Shown here piece by piece: positions 61,026 through 64,000 of a stretch of 64,000 nucleotides of DNA (position 1 is the stretch's first letter; the number at the start of each line of letters is the position of its first letter). This DNA is from a virus. Its lineage: Duplodnaviria > Caudoviricetes. The notes beneath the pieces are model-generated. The model was not told the origin of the DNA. It made no database searches and saw only the letters and a program-made list of their open reading frames with translations. Both the position numbers and the translations under genes were made by a program. The DNA is taken from positions 1 to 64,000 of the IMG/VR virus record IMGVR_UViG_3300021511_000252. One strand, written 5' to 3'.

Positions 61026-62216
61026 TTATTTCTTTTCAACCTTCACAATAGAGAAAGGAGACTCTACAAATTTACCATTAATGAACTCGTTATAAATTGA
61101 ATACAAAAGAGAAATGTTTTTCTCCCCTTGCAAATGATCTACTGCATTTAATATATCTTCCGGAGAAATAACAGAAAAACAAGGAGAAGGGAACCCTTTA
61201 TCACAAGGACTATGTCCATGAATAAAACTTGGAGCACACTTAACCCCGCAATCTATTCCAATAGCATTTTTATAATACTTCATTCTAATTTTAGAAGGAA
61301 AACATCCATAAAGACCAACGACAGGAACGCCTAGTCCTCCTGCAATATGTACAAAGGCAGAATCAGGAGCAATTATTACATCTAAAAGACTAACTATCGC
61401 AACAGATTCCCTTAAAGGTTGATCTGCAGAAATTAAATTTACAAAATTTTTCTCTCCTAAAAGAATTTCTTGTAAATACTTTCCCACCCCTTCCTGTCTT
61501 TTTCCTCCAAATACAAAAACAACATATCCTTTCCCAAGAAACTTTTTGGTAACAGCAATTATTTTATCTAAAGGAATAGTTCTAATAGGAGAAGAAGCTT
61601 CTACTTGAATTCCTATTTTTTTAGCACCAGTATCAATTCCAAATTCTTTAACTTTCTTTTTTGCTATGGAGATTTCACTATCTTCCAAATAGATCTTTGG
61701 AATTTTTTCTTCTGCAGAAATTTTTGTAAAATCTACTCCTGCTTCTTCTAAAAATAAATCAACCGCATGGAGTTTTTGAGCCCTTTCTGGATTATCTTCT
61801 ATTGCTCCTTCAAAAATTAAATGGTAGTTACTCTTTTCCATTTCTTTTACATCAAAAGGCATCTGAACAACCTTCTTGATGTATGGATTTCCATTTATTA
61901 CAGCAGAATACATAGGAGAAGTTCCAAGCTTAATTGTTACTCCATACTCCTTAATTAAATGCACAGCTAAGGGGACCATAAACATCACATCTCCTATCCC
62001 CCCGCTTCTAAACAAAAAAACTTCATCTCCTTTTTTTAATTTTTCAAGATCTACCTTTCTATATACATCTTCAAATTTTCTTGTTTGACTTAGTCCTCCA
62101 GGATAAAGCTTTAAAAGCTGCCGCATTACAGCCCCAGACATAACATACTCATGATTCTTCTTTAAAGTCAGCCCTTGATAAACTCCCAAATCTATAAATA
62201 ATTCAACAATAACCAC
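61026..62216 (-). CDS. glycosyltransferase family 9 (heptosyltransferase-like)
   Basis: RSGGIGDV, HAVD, LRESVAIVSLLDVIIAPDSAFVHIAGGLGVPVVGLYG. Confidence 0.92.
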   Translation of the reverse strand: MVIVELFIDLGVYQGLTLKKNHEYVMSGAVMRQLLKLYPGGLSQTRKFEDVYRKVDLEKLKKGDEVFLFRSGGIGDVMFMVPLAVHLIKEYGVTIKLGTSPMYSAVINGNPYIKKVVQMPFDVKEMEKSNYHLIFEGAIEDNPERAQKLHAVDLFLEEAGVDFTKISAEEKIPKIYLEDSEISIAKKKVKEFGIDTGAKKIGIQVEASSPIRTIPLDKIIAVTKKFLGKGYVVFVFGGKRQEGVGKYLQEILLGEKNFVNLISADQPLRESVAIVSLLDVIIAPDSAFVHIAGGLGVPVVGLYGCFPSKIRMKYYKNAIGIDCGVKCAPSFIHGHSPCDKGFPSPCFSVISPEDILNAVDHLQGEKNISLLYSIYNEFINGKFVESPFSIVKVEKK

Positions 62217-62218
62217 AA

Positions 62219-62569
62219 CTATTCTCCTATATTATACAATGAAAAATGAGGAACTCCTTCCATCTTGCCAGAACCATCAATCTTTACACGATCTTCTTGT
62301 TCAATTCTTTTAAATTCCTCATAGAATTCTTCTCTTTTAAAAATGTTCTTTTGTTCTAAAAGAGTATTAGAAACAACAACATTGGATTTGACATTTTGAA
62401 TTCTTTCAAAAAGAGTATCCATTCTCTGTTCTAATGGAACAACCATTATCTGAAAAACTTTTCTTATATGAAGATCAAGGTCAGACATAAAAGTTTTCTG
62501 ATCAATCTGAATTCCTACAGAAGAATTCTTTCTTCTTAGCTTCTGCACCTTCTTTTTTTTCTTACTCAT
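62219..62569 (-). CDS. hypothetical protein
   Basis: 116 aa; coupled to the helicase. Confidence 0.7.
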   Translation of the reverse strand: MSKKKKKVQKLRRKNSSVGIQIDQKTFMSDLDLHIRKVFQIMVVPLEQRMDTLFERIQNVKSNVVVSNTLLEQKNIFKREEFYEEFKRIEQEDRVKIDGSGKMEGVPHFSLYNIGE

Positions 62570-63855
62570 TATTTTATCTCCAAAAGTCTCATTTTCTTAT
62601 AGTCTCGATAAAGATCAACCCTTACCCCTCCAGGACCATCTCTGTTTTTATCCAATGCTAAAGTTAAAATATTATCCTTAGCCTGTTCTTCTGACTGATT
62701 CATGATATATATAATATCTAAAATCCGAGCTTTATCATAAGCTTCTGCTAAGTCTTCTACAGTAGAAAGTTTAAATCTGGAAGTAGCCTTTAGCTGAGTA
62801 GTTGTCAACCCTGGAAGTCTTTTGGCTTTAAGATAGAATTTAAAGTCCCAATATATCGAGGCTCTATCTAACCTATGAGAATCATAGTTTTTCACAGCAG
62901 ACATTAAATCACAAGAATCAATAATGAGAAATTCAGTATCGAACCCTTCGAGCTTAAGAAGCTCAAGGACTTTATCTACCATTACTATACTCGTTTCATC
63001 TTTTACTGTTTCTTTAATAACAACATCATTCTTCATCCTAGAAGATAAAGATTTAAAAACCTTTCTAAAATGACTCAACTGACTCTTATCAAATTCATAC
63101 AATTTTATTGTATCATATTCTATTTCAGAAAGCCGACTATCATATCTTTGAGCTGTCTGCTCTGCTAAATTTTCCAATGTAAAATGAAGAACATTAAGAC
63201 CCTCAAGAAATGAATTTACTCCAAACTCTCCCGCAACAATAGACTTCCCCATTCCAGTAACTCCTGCAACGGTAGCAGCTTCTGAAACTTGAATTCCTTG
63301 AGTAGCTACATTAATTACCTTATATGGAGTAGAAATGAATCTTTTAATAGCAGGAATTTTACTCAACTCCTCTCTTAAAATCTGCCTAGACTCCCAATCT
63401 TGTAAAACCCTTATTGTATCCCCTTCATTAGGAGTATTCATAATTAAATTCGTTAAAAGTTCTTTTTTAGCCTTAGAGATATTTCCTTTTTCTATCTCCC
63501 TTAAAGACTTATCAACAGCAACTAAAAATTCTTCTTGATCAATTTTTTCCTCTACATTCTTTTCCATATATTTAAGGGAAGTTTTCACCTTCCTCTTAAA
63601 TAGTTTCTTAATAACAATAAAATACTGTTTCTTTTTTTCAGAAGAAAATGAAGTTTTAAGAAGCTCTGATTGAAACACTTTTATTGTCGGAAGGTCTTTG
63701 AACTTAGAGAAATAATTTGATAAAACTTTATATGTCCATCTCAAAACTTCATTACGAAAATGCTCCTCCTTAATCTTTGTGGAGAACTTTATATATTTCT
63801 TTCTATTCTTAAGAAATACTGACAATAAATCCGCTTCAAATGTAGAAAGAGACAT
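62569..63855 (-). CDS. dnaB: DnaB-like replicative helicase
   Basis: GVTGMGKS, FTLE, IIDSCD, TTTQ, KNRDG. Confidence 0.93.
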   Translation of the reverse strand: MSLSTFEADLLSVFLKNRKKYIKFSTKIKEEHFRNEVLRWTYKVLSNYFSKFKDLPTIKVFQSELLKTSFSSEKKKQYFIVIKKLFKRKVKTSLKYMEKNVEEKIDQEEFLVAVDKSLREIEKGNISKAKKELLTNLIMNTPNEGDTIRVLQDWESRQILREELSKIPAIKRFISTPYKVINVATQGIQVSEAATVAGVTGMGKSIVAGEFGVNSFLEGLNVLHFTLENLAEQTAQRYDSRLSEIEYDTIKLYEFDKSQLSHFRKVFKSLSSRMKNDVVIKETVKDETSIVMVDKVLELLKLEGFDTEFLIIDSCDLMSAVKNYDSHRLDRASIYWDFKFYLKAKRLPGLTTTQLKATSRFKLSTVEDLAEAYDKARILDIIYIMNQSEEQAKDNILTLALDKNRDGPGGVRVDLYRDYKKMRLLEIK

Positions 63856-63857
63856 TA

Positions 63858-64000
63858 TTAACCTTTAACCTTTTTCTTTTTTTTTCTTTTTTTTATCTTC
63901 TTAAAGAACTGATCTCTCTCTTCGCTACATTTAGTCTTACGAATATCAGCAGAATCTGAAAAATCGAATATCTTACAATAAGACTGGATCATGTTCGTTA
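63858..64000 (-). CDS. 3' end of a gene entering from outside the window
   Basis: Open frame ...IQSYCKIFDFSDSADIRKTKCSEERDQFFKKIKKRKKKKKVKG-stop. Confidence 0.55.
   Translation of the reverse strand, partial: TNMIQSYCKIFDFSDSADIRKTKCSEERDQFFKKIKKRKKKKKVKG

Overview
This is a 64-kb segment of a large, AT-rich, tailed dsDNA bacteriophage. It uses the standard genetic code and sigma70-type promoters, and signal peptides and a lipobox suggest a diderm host. No integrase, transposase, reverse transcriptase or CRISPR array was seen. Left to right: (1-5.2 kb) a higher-GC tail-fibre/lysis module with a CheY-like receiver gene between a holin-like gene and a lysozyme; (5.2-10.3 kb) a Mu gp28/gp29-type terminase and portal; (10.5-13.5 kb) a 5'-3' exonuclease operon; (13.5-18.4 kb) a repeat-rich, largely non-coding control region with a GATC-free early operon abutting GATC-dense repeats, possibly the genome end or origin; (18.4-27.6 kb) a minus-strand array of small early genes, each block with its own conserved promoter, including four Ser-Arg/Trp repeat paralogues, a minimal PolX and a DUF2845-like gene with an in-frame TGA at a conserved Cys; (27.8-35.8 kb) a plus-strand operon with a CobS/CobT-like pair and a sigma factor; (36.2-39 kb) an APS-kinase-like gene, a pentapeptide protein and two tRNA-like RNAs with large structured insertions; (39-64 kb) a replication/recombination block (RuvC, SbcCD, RecA, SSB, HU, HD nucleotidase, two HIRAN proteins, DnaE, primase, helicase) enclosing a probable DNA-hypermodification cluster (dUMP hydroxymethylase-like, two DUF2284-like proteins, a GT-B glycosyltransferase, a SAM methyltransferase, GT9). 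All family assignments come from motif recognition by eye, not database searches.
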